Origin: an uncultured Gemmatimonadales bacterium
Lineage (GTDB): Bacteria; Gemmatimonadota; Gemmatimonadetes; Longimicrobiales; Longimicrobiaceae
NCBI GenBank assembly: GCA_963716255.1
Contig: OY970303.1
Span: 3,488,001-3,552,000, forward strand
DNA: 64,000 nt
Reading direction: 5' to 3'
Every line of letters begins with the position of its first letter. Position 1 is the stretch's first letter. The notes under the pieces were generated by a model, which worked only from the letters and a program-made list of their open reading frames with translations, made no database searches and was not told where the DNA came from. Shown here piece after piece: positions 19,494 to 29,338 of the stretch. Both the position numbers and the translations under genes were made by a program.

Positions 19494-21068
19494 TCAGCGG
19501 ACCCGGACGGCGTCCGCGATCACCACGTAGCCGGTGGTGGTCCAGCGCGACAGCTGGATCTTGTTCCAGCCGGCCGTGAAGCTCCAGGTGCCGATGGCGT
19601 TCCACTGTCCGCCGTTCACCTGCTGGTTGACGTTGACCGTGCCCAGCTGGGTGCCGCCCGCGTTGAAGGCGATGAACGGCGCGGAGGCGGAGCGGTTGGT
19701 CCCCGCCACCCACCAGGCGTCGATGGTCTTGGTGGCCGCCGCCGGGAGGTAGAACCAGAAGGTCGCCGGGTCCGAGATCGCCTGCGTGTTGGCGAAGTTG
19801 TACCCGCTTCCGTAGTACCCGGCGCTGGTGCCGCTGGACCAGTTGGCCGACACGCTGTACTGCGCCACCGCGGAGTTGTTGTTGGCGTTGTTGCTGTCCA
19901 CGATGATCTCGGCGGAGGTGCCGCCGCCGCAGTGGGTGTTGATGCGGTTCAGGTAGTCGGTCCAGGGCCAGTTGGGGCCCGGGTCGGTGCGGTTGTACGG
20001 CTGGAGCTGGCCGTGCGCCACCACGTGGTACTTGTCGCGGGGGATGCCGTTGTCGCGGGTGATGTCGCACGACAGCTTGGCCGACGCGTCGATCTGCCCC
20101 ACGGGGAAGGAGGTCTGCGAGGCGAAGCCGCCGTGCTCGATCCCCACCGTGAAGTGGTTGGCGGAGTAGCCGTTGCGCCAGCACTCCACGCTGCTGTTGA
20201 GCGTGCAGTCGTAGGTGGCGCCGATGTGCCAGCCGCGGTCTGCCTCGCGCACCAGCTGCGAGATCTCGGAGCCGCTCTCGTTCACCACGTAGTGCGCGCT
20301 CACCCCGGACGCGGAGTTGACCAGCCAGCTCCAGCACGAGGTGTAGGAGCCTTCGCAGGTGTGGATGATGATCATCCCCGGCTTGCCGATGTCGCCGGCG
20401 GGGCGCGCGTTGAAATTGGGCGAGGGGCGCCAGATGGCCGCGGCGTAGTCGGGCCCGGCTGCCAGGGCGGTCACCGGCATGGGGAAGTCCGCCGCCACGG
20501 GGGACGGCAGCAGCGAGGCCACCACGCCGCCGAGCGGCCCGCGGCCGACGACGCCCTCGTTGATCGCCGCGTACACGTCGCGGTGCACGTACGCCGCCTG
20601 GCCGTTCGCGTCGGCGATGCCGCTGTAGCGCGCCACCGCCGGCGCCCACGCCGCCACGTCCGACCGGTTCAGCTTCAGCTCGGCCGCGTAGGCGCCGAGG
20701 AGGGCGGCCGCCGCGCGCACGTTGGCCTCCGGCTGCGTCCGTGCCGCTTCCTCCGACACCTTCGCCAGGCCGGCGCCGCGCTCCAGCTGCGCGCCCTTGA
20801 GCGCCATGATCCCGTGCGCCACCGGCTGTCCGGGGAACTCCTCGGCGCCGCGCACCATCTGCCAGCGCGTCTCCACGTACCCGATGGCCTTGAGGACCGA
20901 CGCCGGGACGTCGAACTCGGCTGCCGCCCTGTCGAACGTGACGTCGAGCTGTCCCGTGGCCGGGGCGTTGGGGGGAGGTGCGGTCAGCGAGGAGGTCGGC
21001 TCGTCGCTGCACGCGGCGAGGAGCGACAGGGCGGCCACGGCCGTGGCCAGGGAGCGGATGCTGCGCAT
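19494..21068 (-). CDS. Lipoprotein with SLT-like domain + Amidase_2 (N-acetylmuramoyl-L-alanine amidase) + C-terminal beta-sandwich domain
   Basis: LAAC lipobox; [55 protein letters not shown]. Confidence 0.88.
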   Translation of the reverse strand: MRSIRSLATAVAALSLLAACSDEPTSSLTAPPPNAPATGQLDVTFDRAAAEFDVPASVLKAIGYVETRWQMVRGAEEFPGQPVAHGIMALKGAQLERGAGLAKVSEEAARTQPEANVRAAAALLGAYAAELKLNRSDVAAWAPAVARYSGIADANGQAAYVHRDVYAAINEGVVGRGPLGGVVASLLPSPVAADFPMPVTALAAGPDYAAAIWRPSPNFNARPAGDIGKPGMIIIHTCEGSYTSCWSWLVNSASGVSAHYVVNESGSEISQLVREADRGWHIGATYDCTLNSSVECWRNGYSANHFTVGIEHGGFASQTSFPVGQIDASAKLSCDITRDNGIPRDKYHVVAHGQLQPYNRTDPGPNWPWTDYLNRINTHCGGGTSAEIIVDSNNANNNSAVAQYSVSANWSSGTSAGYYGSGYNFANTQAISDPATFWFYLPAAATKTIDAWWVAGTNRSASAPFIAFNAGGTQLGTVNVNQQVNGGQWNAIGTWSFTAGWNKIQLSRWTTTGYVVIADAVRVR

Positions 21069-21275
21069 GAGGATCCCTCCTGCGGGTGGAAGAGAGGGCG
21101 GGCGCGGGCCGCGGGGGCACGTCGCGCCGCCGCACGCGCCCCCGTACGGGAGGGGCGGAGTGACCGCGGGTTCCGACGATGGCAGACGCGTGGGGCTGTG
21201 CTTCCTACTTAATCCTGGAAGCAGGGCGACGCAAGGTTGGTCTTAACCGGGACGCATGATTTCAGACAGGGGCGA

Positions 21276-21291
21276 TGCACTTGCCATGCCG
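21276..21291 (-). promoter_or_regulatory. Candidate sigma54 promoter upstream of the amidase gene
   Basis: Minus strand CGGCATG-GCAA-GTGCA (GG-N10-GC). Confidence 0.4.
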
Positions 21292-21480
21292 GTCGCTACT
21301 CGACGCGGGGGCGAATCCGCAGCGGGGCGCATCGTGCGGCGGGGGATGTCGTGGAGCGGGAGGGAGTTGGACGCGGCGGAGTAAAATGCCGCGGAGGCCG
21401 GCCGCGATGCGGCCGGCCCCCGGGACGAGCGGAAAACGAGTGCGCGGGTGGCTGCGGCTGGAAGCGGATGCAGTTTCCGG

Positions 21481-22644
21481 CTACTCCCCGTCGGCGGGCG
21501 GCTTTCCAGCCGGGAGCCCCCGGCGCGCGACCGCGGTGGCTCGACGCCAGACCCGGCCCGTGGCCTCGGAGCCGCCGCGGCGGGCGGCGCCCAGGAGGCG
21601 GCGCAGGCGCGACGCGTAGGCGCTCATCTCCTCCTCGGCCTCGCGGCGGGCTGCGGCCAGCTCGCGCGGGGAGAAGCCCAGGCAGGCGGCGACCTCGGCC
21701 ACCACCTTTTCTTCCTCGTCGGACATCCCGTCCTCGGCGGCGGCGCTCACCACCGCGAGGTCCAGCAGTTCCTCGCGCGCGGCCGGGGGGAGCCCGGCCA
21801 TGATGTCCCGCTGCTCGCGCGTGAACACCGGCGTTCCCCCATCGCCGATGGCGGCGGTGCGAACCGCCGCGACCACGGCCTGGCGGAGCCGCGGGAGGGC
21901 GGGGTGCGTGGCCGCGGGGACGATCCCCCGCACCGGGATCCCCGCCTCGGCGGCGAAGCGGCGGATGGCGGCGCGCCCCAGCGCCAGCGTCCCCACGTAG
22001 TTGAGCGCCCCGGCGACGACGGCGCCCACCCCGGGAACCACGCGGGACAGGCTGCGCCGCACCACCTGCCGCGCGGCGGCGTCCGCCGCGGCCTCGCCGA
22101 CGCGCACCGCCCCGAACGCCGTGGCCATGGAGGCCACGAAGAGGGTGCGCACCTGCTGGGTGGGCTCGGCGAGCGGGACGCCCAGGATGGCGGCGATCTC
22201 CAGCACCAGGTCGCGCTGCTGCTCGGCCACGTAGCGCCAGTCGGCCACCATTCCCAGGGCGGCGAGCGCCGGCCCGATCCCCGGGACCATCGCAGGGAGT
22301 GCGGACACCGCCCCCACGGCCGCGCTGCGCCGCGCCCGCTCGCGGGTGCGGGCCCACGCCAGCGCCACCGGGTCGGCGTCGGGGTGGCGGGCGCGCAGCT
22401 CCGCCACCTCCGTGGCGACCCGCTCCGGGAGTTCGGGGGTCACCTCCAGCGCGGCGTCCACCGCCTCCTGGAAGCGGCGCGCCAGCCGCTCTCGGTCGCG
22501 CTCGCCCAGGCGCGGCAGGCGCGCCCGGCCCAGGCGGTCGCGGAACTGCGCGGAGGCGCCGCCCACCATCTCGCGCCAGCCGCGCTCCTCCGCGCTGCCG
22601 TCGGGGGTCGCGGCGCGGGCGTCGTCCGTGGGTGGTTCGGCCAT
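21481..22644 (-). CDS. EcsC-family protein with TerB-like C-terminal domain
   Basis: AAVGAVSALPAMVPGIG, QQRDLVLEIAAILG, VPGVGAVVAGALN; AEDGMSDEEEKVVAEVAACLG. Confidence 0.75.
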   Translation of the reverse strand: MAEPPTDDARAATPDGSAEERGWREMVGGASAQFRDRLGRARLPRLGERDRERLARRFQEAVDAALEVTPELPERVATEVAELRARHPDADPVALAWARTRERARRSAAVGAVSALPAMVPGIGPALAALGMVADWRYVAEQQRDLVLEIAAILGVPLAEPTQQVRTLFVASMATAFGAVRVGEAAADAAARQVVRRSLSRVVPGVGAVVAGALNYVGTLALGRAAIRRFAAEAGIPVRGIVPAATHPALPRLRQAVVAAVRTAAIGDGGTPVFTREQRDIMAGLPPAAREELLDLAVVSAAAEDGMSDEEEKVVAEVAACLGFSPRELAAARREAEEEMSAYASRLRRLLGAARRGGSEATGRVWRRATAVARRGLPAGKPPADGE

Positions 22645-22872
22645 GGAAGTGTGCCTTCGGGGGGAAGAGGCGTCGCCGTGCAGGCTCGCAAGCACCGTTC
22701 CGGAAAAAATGATGGCGGCGGGCCGGTGATCCGGCCCGCCCTTGTTTGGAGGAGCTCGCTACCGAAGGGGTGTGTAGTGCGTGCCCATCGGCTGACTGGA
22801 TCACCTCCTTGTCTACGAAGCGACAGAAGAAGTAGGTAAGAACCTGCGCCACGAGGAGGCTTTCATGGCGCT

Positions 22873-24255
22873 TTGGGAGTCCAAAGTTCCTCAACGCAAA
22901 GTATGGCGTCTGTCGCACTCAGTCATTACTCTGTCGGGTACCATGTGCTGCCCTACCACCCGGCTCAGATCGTCATGGCGGAAGATATTGCAGTGAATGC
23001 GGTGGCGGCGTCGCGCCCAAGTCGCCTGCGGACGATTACCCTCCCACCTCCGCCCCTGAGCTGGTTGAGGGAGTTAACCGCGCTGGAAGCGGCTGGAGAC
23101 GAACTCGGTATCGCCTTCTGGCGTGTGTTAAGGAAGGTCCACGACTGGGCGCTGACTCCCGCGGAGGACCGCGCCGGACTCTTCGAGATCGACAAGAGGG
23201 CAGCACAGAAACGTTTGGGTGATGTAAGCTCGCAGGCCCCCAGCCTCGTAGAGGCATTCGGAACGTTTGCGCGCCTGATCCGGACTCCGGGGGAAATCGA
23301 GGCACGACAGGTCGCGGAGGCGTGTCACCAAGCACGCGAGTGGACCGAGGAGCAGTCAATGTTGGAAGCCGCGATGCTCTTCGCAGAGGCCGCAGCTATG
23401 GCCGAGCCGGAAGTTCCCAGCCACGCCAACACGGCCGGACGTCTCTGTCGACGTGCCGCATACGACGAGCGGTCAACCACATGGTACCACCGGGGCTTCG
23501 GGTTGGCCGTACGGACGAGGGAGCGGACGGAAACGATTCGGGCGCTGCTCGGCTATGGCGGGTTGATGTACTACCTGGGAAGACATGCGGATGCTCGCCG
23601 CTACTACGAGCGGGCCGTACGGGTAGCCGTTCACACGGGTCGGCATCGCCAGGCGGCCGAGGCGAAGCACGACATGGTTCTCATTGCGGCAGAAGCGGGG
23701 ACCTACCAGGAGGGGGAGAGACACGCTCGGCAAGCGCTTCAGTACTACCCCGTGCATCATCCCCGGATTCCGTACCTCGTGCACGATGTCGCATTCCTGT
23801 TCATCCGGAACCGCCTTTACTCATTCGCGCTTCCGCTGCTCAGGTGCGTGCGGCAACAAATCTCCTTACCGGGAGAACAAGCTCTGGTGTTGAGCAGCAT
23901 CGCACGTGCGGCGGCTGGGGCAGGTCAGGTCTCCCTTTTCAGGGAAGCCGCAGACGAAGTGCTCTCGCTGGTTGAGTCGTTCGGAGAGCACGCTGCCGCC
24001 GCGTTGTGGAACGTGGCCGAAGGCGCCTGGTGCTGTGCTGATCGGGAACGAGCTGAACGCCTGGCAGAAAGGGCGGTGGAAATCGCGCGTACTCGCAAAG
24101 AGAGTGAACCAGAGCGTGGGGCATCTGCTCTGCTGGTGAGAGTGGCAAGTAGGGAACTCCCGCAACCAGAGGCGGGACCACCCATCGGCAACCGTATCGA
24201 GCAGCTTTCCCGGGGATGCTTGGCGAAGCTGAACCGGTGGAAGGTCCCGGGTTAG
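22873..24255 (+). CDS. TPR/alpha-solenoid protein without an HTH (start uncertain: 22873, 22975 or 22993)
   Basis: Repeated helical TPR-like units (LGYGGLMYYLGRHADARRYYERA, AEAGTYQEGERHARQALQYY); lower-GC region. Confidence 0.8.
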   Translation: MGVQSSSTQSMASVALSHYSVGYHVLPYHPAQIVMAEDIAVNAVAASRPSRLRTITLPPPPLSWLRELTALEAAGDELGIAFWRVLRKVHDWALTPAEDRAGLFEIDKRAAQKRLGDVSSQAPSLVEAFGTFARLIRTPGEIEARQVAEACHQAREWTEEQSMLEAAMLFAEAAAMAEPEVPSHANTAGRLCRRAAYDERSTTWYHRGFGLAVRTRERTETIRALLGYGGLMYYLGRHADARRYYERAVRVAVHTGRHRQAAEAKHDMVLIAAEAGTYQEGERHARQALQYYPVHHPRIPYLVHDVAFLFIRNRLYSFALPLLRCVRQQISLPGEQALVLSSIARAAAGAGQVSLFREAADEVLSLVESFGEHAAAALWNVAEGAWCCADRERAERLAERAVEIARTRKESEPERGASALLVRVASRELPQPEAGPPIGNRIEQLSRGCLAKLNRWKVPG

Positions 24256-24270
24256 CTTCAACCCGGGACC
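24243..24270. terminator. Hairpin overlapping the TPR gene stop, between convergent genes
   Basis: GGTCCCGGGTT-AGCTTC-AACCCGGGACC. Confidence 0.65.
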
Positions 24271-24315
24271 CGAATAAATCCTGGGGGAGGCGGTCCCTGC
24301 TGGTCGCGCGAAGTT

Positions 24316-24561
24316 CTAGTTGCCGGACCCGAAGCCTCCTCCTCCGCGGGCTGTGCTGGTGCCGCCATCGGCCGTCGTCCCGGAGGTGGGAGTTGCCGAT
24401 GGTGTAGTCGTGCTATCGGTCTGAATCAAACGGTTTCCGGATCCGAAGCCTCCGCCGCCATCGAAGCGGGGGCTCTCCGGACTCAGCAGCGCCGACTCGC
24501 TGCACGCCGCGAGCCCGAGACACAGCATGGAAACCGCCAAGAGTGCGTACTTGACCTTCAT
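24316..24561 (-). CDS. 81-aa lipoprotein-type precursor peptide with a duplicated GGGGFGSGN core
   Basis: AAGGAAGGA RBS; LAAC lipobox; RFD-GGGGFGSGN-R...AR-GGGGFGSGN-stop. Confidence 0.85.
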   Translation of the reverse strand: MKVKYALLAVSMLCLGLAACSESALLSPESPRFDGGGGFGSGNRLIQTDSTTTPSATPTSGTTADGGTSTARGGGGFGSGN

Positions 24562-24894
24562 GGTTCCTTCCTTGTTGGGGGAATGCGTTAGTGTCGACGC
24601 GCCCCAACGTTACCCGCTCCACACACAATCCGCCACCAAGACCAACCGGCCGACAATGCTGCTTCTGAGCTGGATTCGTAGGCTAGTCCCAATTGCACCC
24701 GTGGGTAGCACCGGCGAGAAGCGCACGGCGGGGGAGTTCGTCGCGCTGCTGGTCGGGTATGCGGAAGGCACGCCCGGCTAGTCTGCAATCATGAAGAGAG
24801 GAAGGGTCACGCGGGAAGAAGAAGCCCCGGCCCCGCGCGAGCGGGACCGGGGCGACGAGTTGCAGCAGGGCAGGGGAGTGACGGGTGGGTCCGC

Positions 24895-25458
24895 CTACAG
24901 GCGGATGCGCAGCCCGACGTCCAGGTTCAGGTACGACACGTACTCGTCGCCGCCGTCGAAGAACTCGGTGGCGTAGCGGCGGAACGCGAAGCCGGGCGAC
25001 ACCGAGACGCGCGGTCCCAGGGGGAACGCCGCCCCCGCGCCCACCTCGAAGCCCACCTCGTCGTCGCCCTCGAACTCCACTCCCGCGACCTCGGTCTCGA
25101 AGTCGTGGAACAGGAGCCCGCCACGCACCCAGGGGGAGAACCCCACCCCCGGGAAGGCGACGCGGGCGCCGGCCTCCCAGCCGCGGTCCGTCCCCTCCGC
25201 CGACAGCGTCTCCATGTCGAACTCGGTCTGGCTGTAGCCGCCGTACACGGAAACGCGGGGCGCCACAAGGACGTGCACGCTCGCCCCGAAGCCGAAGGCG
25301 TTGTCGGCGGCGTCCGCGAAGTCGCCGCTGGGGATGGCGACCCCACCGCGCGCCTCGATCGAGATGGGCGTGGTGATGCCGAGCGGCCCCTGCGCGAACG
25401 CGCCGCCCGCGACCCCGAGGGCCGCTGCCACCGCGGCGCCGGACAGGAATCTTTTCAT
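24895..25458 (-). CDS. Outer-membrane beta-barrel protein (8-stranded, OmpW/OmpA-like)
   Basis: Signal peptide MKRFLSG...AFA, amphipathic strands, C-terminal LDVGLRIRL. Confidence 0.85.
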   Translation of the reverse strand: MKRFLSGAAVAAALGVAGGAFAQGPLGITTPISIEARGGVAIPSGDFADAADNAFGFGASVHVLVAPRVSVYGGYSQTEFDMETLSAEGTDRGWEAGARVAFPGVGFSPWVRGGLLFHDFETEVAGVEFEGDDEVGFEVGAGAAFPLGPRVSVSPGFAFRRYATEFFDGGDEYVSYLNLDVGLRIRL

Positions 25459-25641
25459 GCTCTCTTTCTCCTCTGACGGGCCCCGCCATGCGGCGGAGCG
25501 TGTCCGGGTACGGAGCGCCGGGCGCCCGGTGCGCGCGACAGGCTCAACCCCGCCACGCAAGCGGCGCGCCGACCCCCGGCCGAAGCGGACGGCGGCGGGT
25601 CCCGCCGCGCCGTCTGTCGTTCCGGTGAAAGCGCGCGTATT

Positions 25642-27480
25642 ATGCAGGGCATGAACATCACCCACCTCGATGGTCCGGGCCTCCGCGGCGCACTGATCGC
25701 CGCGTCGGACTACGTCCAGCGCAACCGCGCCGAGCTCAACCGGATCAACGTCTTCCCCGTCCCGGACGGGGACACCGGCACCAACCTGGCTCTCACCGTC
25801 TCCTCCATCGCCGACCACCTCAAGGCCAACCAGGACGCATCCGTGGGCGCCGTCGCCCGGCACGCGGCGGAGGCGGGGATCATGGGCGCCCGCGGCAACT
25901 GCGGGATGATCCTGTCCCACTTCCTCCTGGGCTTCAGCGACGCGGTGGGCGACCGGCCGCACCTGGGGGTCGCGGAGTTCGGCCAGGCGCTGCGCAGCGC
26001 CACCGAGCACGTGTACCGGGCGCTGGAAAAGCCGGTGGAGGGCACCATGATCACCATCATGCGCGCCGTGGCGGACGAGGCGGAGCGCCTGCAGCACTCG
26101 GACTTCGTGGTGCTCTTCGAGCGCCTGCTGGTGAAGGCGCGCGAGGCGCTGGCGAACACCCCGGAGCTGCTCCCGGCGCTCAAGGGCGCGGGGGTGGTGG
26201 ACGCGGGCGCCAAGGGGTTCGTGCACATCCTGGAGGGGATCTCGGCCTTCATCTCGGGCGACCCGCTCACGGCGCTGGAGGAGATGCCGGTGTACGACGC
26301 GGAGCCCCCCCTGGCCGCGGCGGGGGTGGACTACCCCACGGAAAGCGAGGTCTACCGCTTCTGCACGGAGGCGCTGGTGCGCGGCCGCGACCTGCCCACC
26401 TCGGACGCGGTGCGGGCCGTGCTGCGCGAGCGCGGCGACTCGCTGGTGGTGATCCGCACGGATGCGCTGATCAAGGTCCACATCCACACGGACGAGCCGG
26501 AAGGGGTCTTCGACTACCTGCGCACGCTGGGCGAGCTGGCGACGCACAAGGCGGAGGACATGCAGGCGCAGCATGCCGCCATGGGCCGCGCCGCGGCGGC
26601 CGGGCACATGGTGCTGGCCCGCCGCCCCATCTCGGTGGTGGCGGACACGGCGTGCGACCTCCCCGAAGAGATCGTGCGCGCCCACGGTATGAACCTGGTG
26701 CCGCTCAACCTGATCTTCGGCGACCAGGTGCTGCGCGACCGCCTCGACATCTCGGCGGACGCCTTCGCGGAGCGGCTCAAGGAGGGGGCGCACCCCAGCA
26801 CCTCGCAGCCGGCGCCCGCGGCCTTCCTCAAGGCGTACGAGCGCGCCGGGGAGGACGGCGAGGCCGTCGTGGCGATCCTCCTGTCGTCCGCGCTCTCGGG
26901 GACCTTCGCCTCGGCGCAGGCGGCCATGCGGCAGCGCCCGGCCGGCTCCACCCCCATCCACCTGGTGGACTCGCGCGGCGGGTCGCTGCTCCAGGGGCTG
27001 CTGGCGCTCAAGGCGTCGGAGCTGGGGGAGATGGCGTGGGAGCCGGAGCGCATCGTGGCGGAGCTGGGCCGCATCCGCGACCAGTCGGGCTTCTTCATCC
27101 ACCTGGACACCTTCGAGCGAGCACTGGCATCGGGGCGGGTGGGGCGCGGCCGGGCCTGGCTGGGCAGCCTGCTGGACATCAAGCCGGTGCTGGACATCGA
27201 CCCGGAAGGGAAGCTGGTGCCCATCGCCAAGGTGCGCGGCCGCAGGAGCGTGCTCCCCAAGATGATGGAGATCCTGGAGCAGAAGGTCCCGAAGACCACC
27301 AGGAAGGTGCGCTTCGGGGTGATGCACGTGGCCTGTCCGGAGGCGGTGGAGGAGGTGTGCCACGAGATCCGCAGGCGCTACGGCCGCGACCGCGAGATCA
27401 TCGTGGGCCCCGGCACGCCGATCATCGCCACGCACGCCGGCGAGGGGGCGTGGGGGATCGCGTACCTGGTGGAGGACTGA
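25642..27480 (+). CDS. DAK2 (FakA-like) - DegV (FakB-like) fusion protein
   Basis: NVFPVPDGDTGTNL, GARGNCG, VVDAGAKG, KVHIHT; DegV TSQP, SSALSGT, THAGEGA. Confidence 0.92.
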   Translation: MQGMNITHLDGPGLRGALIAASDYVQRNRAELNRINVFPVPDGDTGTNLALTVSSIADHLKANQDASVGAVARHAAEAGIMGARGNCGMILSHFLLGFSDAVGDRPHLGVAEFGQALRSATEHVYRALEKPVEGTMITIMRAVADEAERLQHSDFVVLFERLLVKAREALANTPELLPALKGAGVVDAGAKGFVHILEGISAFISGDPLTALEEMPVYDAEPPLAAAGVDYPTESEVYRFCTEALVRGRDLPTSDAVRAVLRERGDSLVVIRTDALIKVHIHTDEPEGVFDYLRTLGELATHKAEDMQAQHAAMGRAAAAGHMVLARRPISVVADTACDLPEEIVRAHGMNLVPLNLIFGDQVLRDRLDISADAFAERLKEGAHPSTSQPAPAAFLKAYERAGEDGEAVVAILLSSALSGTFASAQAAMRQRPAGSTPIHLVDSRGGSLLQGLLALKASELGEMAWEPERIVAELGRIRDQSGFFIHLDTFERALASGRVGRGRAWLGSLLDIKPVLDIDPEGKLVPIAKVRGRRSVLPKMMEILEQKVPKTTRKVRFGVMHVACPEAVEEVCHEIRRRYGRDREIIVGPGTPIIATHAGEGAWGIAYLVED

Positions 27481-27493
27481 AACTGCCTGGTTC

Positions 27494-27622
27494 GGGCGTG
27501 TCCCCGGCTGGCGCCGGGGTCGGGCTTCGGCTCCGTAACGCAGCAAACAACGCTGCGTAACGGAGTCGAGCCCCGGCGAACAGCCGCCGGGTCTCGCCCC
27601 TTCGGGCCAAAATCCCTCACGC
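27494..27622 (-). repeat. Dispersed multi-stem element, copy D
   Basis: Reverse-complement copy starting 14 nt after the DegV stop. Confidence 0.9.
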
Positions 27623-27652
27623 GGGGATCGCGCTGGCGTCCGTGGGTTTGGG

Positions 27653-27702
27653 CCCCCTCACCCCCCGCTCCCCTCTCCCCCGCAAGCGGGGGAAAGGGGG
27701 AG
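27653..27702. repeat. REP-like CCCCTCTCCC...GGGGAAAGGGG palindrome
   Basis: Imperfect palindrome; related copies at 32144, 32223, 35554, 52380, 54396. Confidence 0.7.
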
Positions 27703-27800
27703 AACCGCACGGCAGCCCTGCCTTCAGCGCCTTGCCGATGCCACGGGGAGCCTGATCTACGCGGATTCCGCGTGAGTCCGCCCGGCGGGCGGGCTGGAGA

Positions 27801-27841
27801 GAAAGACAGGGCCCTTCCGAACGGAGGGGCCCTGTTCTTTC
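27801..27841. terminator. Hairpin with U-rich flanks after the sulfotransferase gene
   Basis: GAAAGACAGGGCCCTTCCG-AA-CGGAGGGGCCCTGTTCTTTC. Confidence 0.65.
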
Positions 27842-27869
27842 GCGTGGGGAGGGGAGCCGCCCGTGGCGG

Positions 27870-28925
27870 TCACCCCACGCCGAGCGGGGCGCGGCCGTGG
27901 TCGTCGGCAGCCGCCCCCGGTCCCTCATCCGCGGTGGAAGCGGAGCCGGGTGCGGCGGACTCGTGCTGGGGGGCGCCCTGGCCGGACAGGACCCGGAACC
28001 TGTCCTCGCCCACGTCGCGCAGCCACCGGTCGCACGCCCTCCGGAAATCGCTCGCGAAGCGCGCGTCTAGCTCCTGGCGCCACCCGCCGACCCTGCCCTG
28101 GCGGATGAAGCCCGTCCCGGCGGGAGGGGCGGCCGGCTTGGGGAGCATCCGCCGCTCGATGGCGAACCTGGATTCGTGCTCGCGCATGAAGGCGAACGAG
28201 CACCGTTCCAGGATCCTGGGCATGTCGGCGGGGTCGATGGCGATTCCGCAGAAGCCGGCGATGCGCCTGATCCCCGCTTCCAGGTCGGCGCTCAGCTCCT
28301 CGTAGTTGACCACCAGCAGGTTCAGGCCCTGATCGTTGCGGAGCCACCCCGCCACGTGCTTGAACCAGCTGCCGTAGGGGACCCGGCCCGCCATGAACCG
28401 GCGGAGGAACTCGTCGCGCGGCCGCTGGTTCCGCGGCGGCCACTTGCGGGACTGGTGAAAATAGGAGACCGCGACGTCCAGCCCGTTCCGGGTGCCGTAG
28501 ATGTACCGCCCCGGCCCCTTGGGGATGTCGCGGTAGGACAGGTGGCTCTTGACGACGCGCGGCGTTCCCGGCAGGTCGGAGATCCTGCGGCCCATGGGAA
28601 CCAGGGTCTCTTCCAGGTGGGGCGAGACCTCGTCGATGTGGGCGAACTCGATCTCCCCGTCGGTGGTGAGCTGGTAGACGATCATCTGGATCCACGTGGT
28701 CCCCGACTTGGGGTACGTGACGATGAAGAGGTCGTCCGGCGATCCTTCGTAGACCAGCCTGTACCGGAGGGTGCTCAGCTTGAGGTACGCGAGCTCGAGC
28801 CGCATGATGGACGGCCGGAGGATGGAGTTGCCGATGAACCGGAGCAGCTGCACCATCCGGCCGACGAGCGAAAGCGTCCAGCCGACGAGCGCGGCGGGGA
28901 TCCTGCGCGGGCGCATCCGACGCAT
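27870..28925 (-). CDS. PAPS-dependent sulfotransferase (Sulfotransfer_1)
   Basis: TYPKSGTTW (5'-PSB), KSH, RNGLDVAVS (3'-PB), YEEL, FIRQGRVGGW. Confidence 0.92.
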   Translation of the reverse strand: MRRMRPRRIPAALVGWTLSLVGRMVQLLRFIGNSILRPSIMRLELAYLKLSTLRYRLVYEGSPDDLFIVTYPKSGTTWIQMIVYQLTTDGEIEFAHIDEVSPHLEETLVPMGRRISDLPGTPRVVKSHLSYRDIPKGPGRYIYGTRNGLDVAVSYFHQSRKWPPRNQRPRDEFLRRFMAGRVPYGSWFKHVAGWLRNDQGLNLLVVNYEELSADLEAGIRRIAGFCGIAIDPADMPRILERCSFAFMREHESRFAIERRMLPKPAAPPAGTGFIRQGRVGGWRQELDARFASDFRRACDRWLRDVGEDRFRVLSGQGAPQHESAAPGSASTADEGPGAAADDHGRAPLGVG

Positions 28926-29122
28926 GCCGGGTCTTCCTGTGGATGGAGGCGTGCCGCGCGCGCCGCGCACGTTCCGCCGAACGTGGGCGTCCGCAGTTTC
29001 CCGCGCAGGCGTGGAGGGAGCGGCCCGAACGATATGTGACCCGTTTTACCTCGTCAACCGGCGCCCGCGCTCCCATCCTGCTTGCGGGTGTGGCCCCTCC
29101 CCGCGGACGCCAGCGCGATGCC

Positions 29123-29249
29123 GCGTGAGGGATTCCGGCCCGAAGGGGCGAGACCCCGCGGCCGTTTGTGGGGGCTCGACTCCGTTACGCAGCGTTGTTT
29201 GCTGCGTTACGGAGCCGAAGCCCGACCCCGCGCCAGCGGGGGCACGCCC
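29123..29249 (+). repeat. Dispersed multi-stem element, copy E (upstream of ppc)
   Basis: Full copy. Confidence 0.9.
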
Positions 29250-29338
29250 AAACCAGCAGTACCAATCGCAACCCGGTACGGCATGTGCTCCGTCCCGCCG
29301 CACGCGTTTCGCTCAAACCCAACCGAGGTAAACGACCG

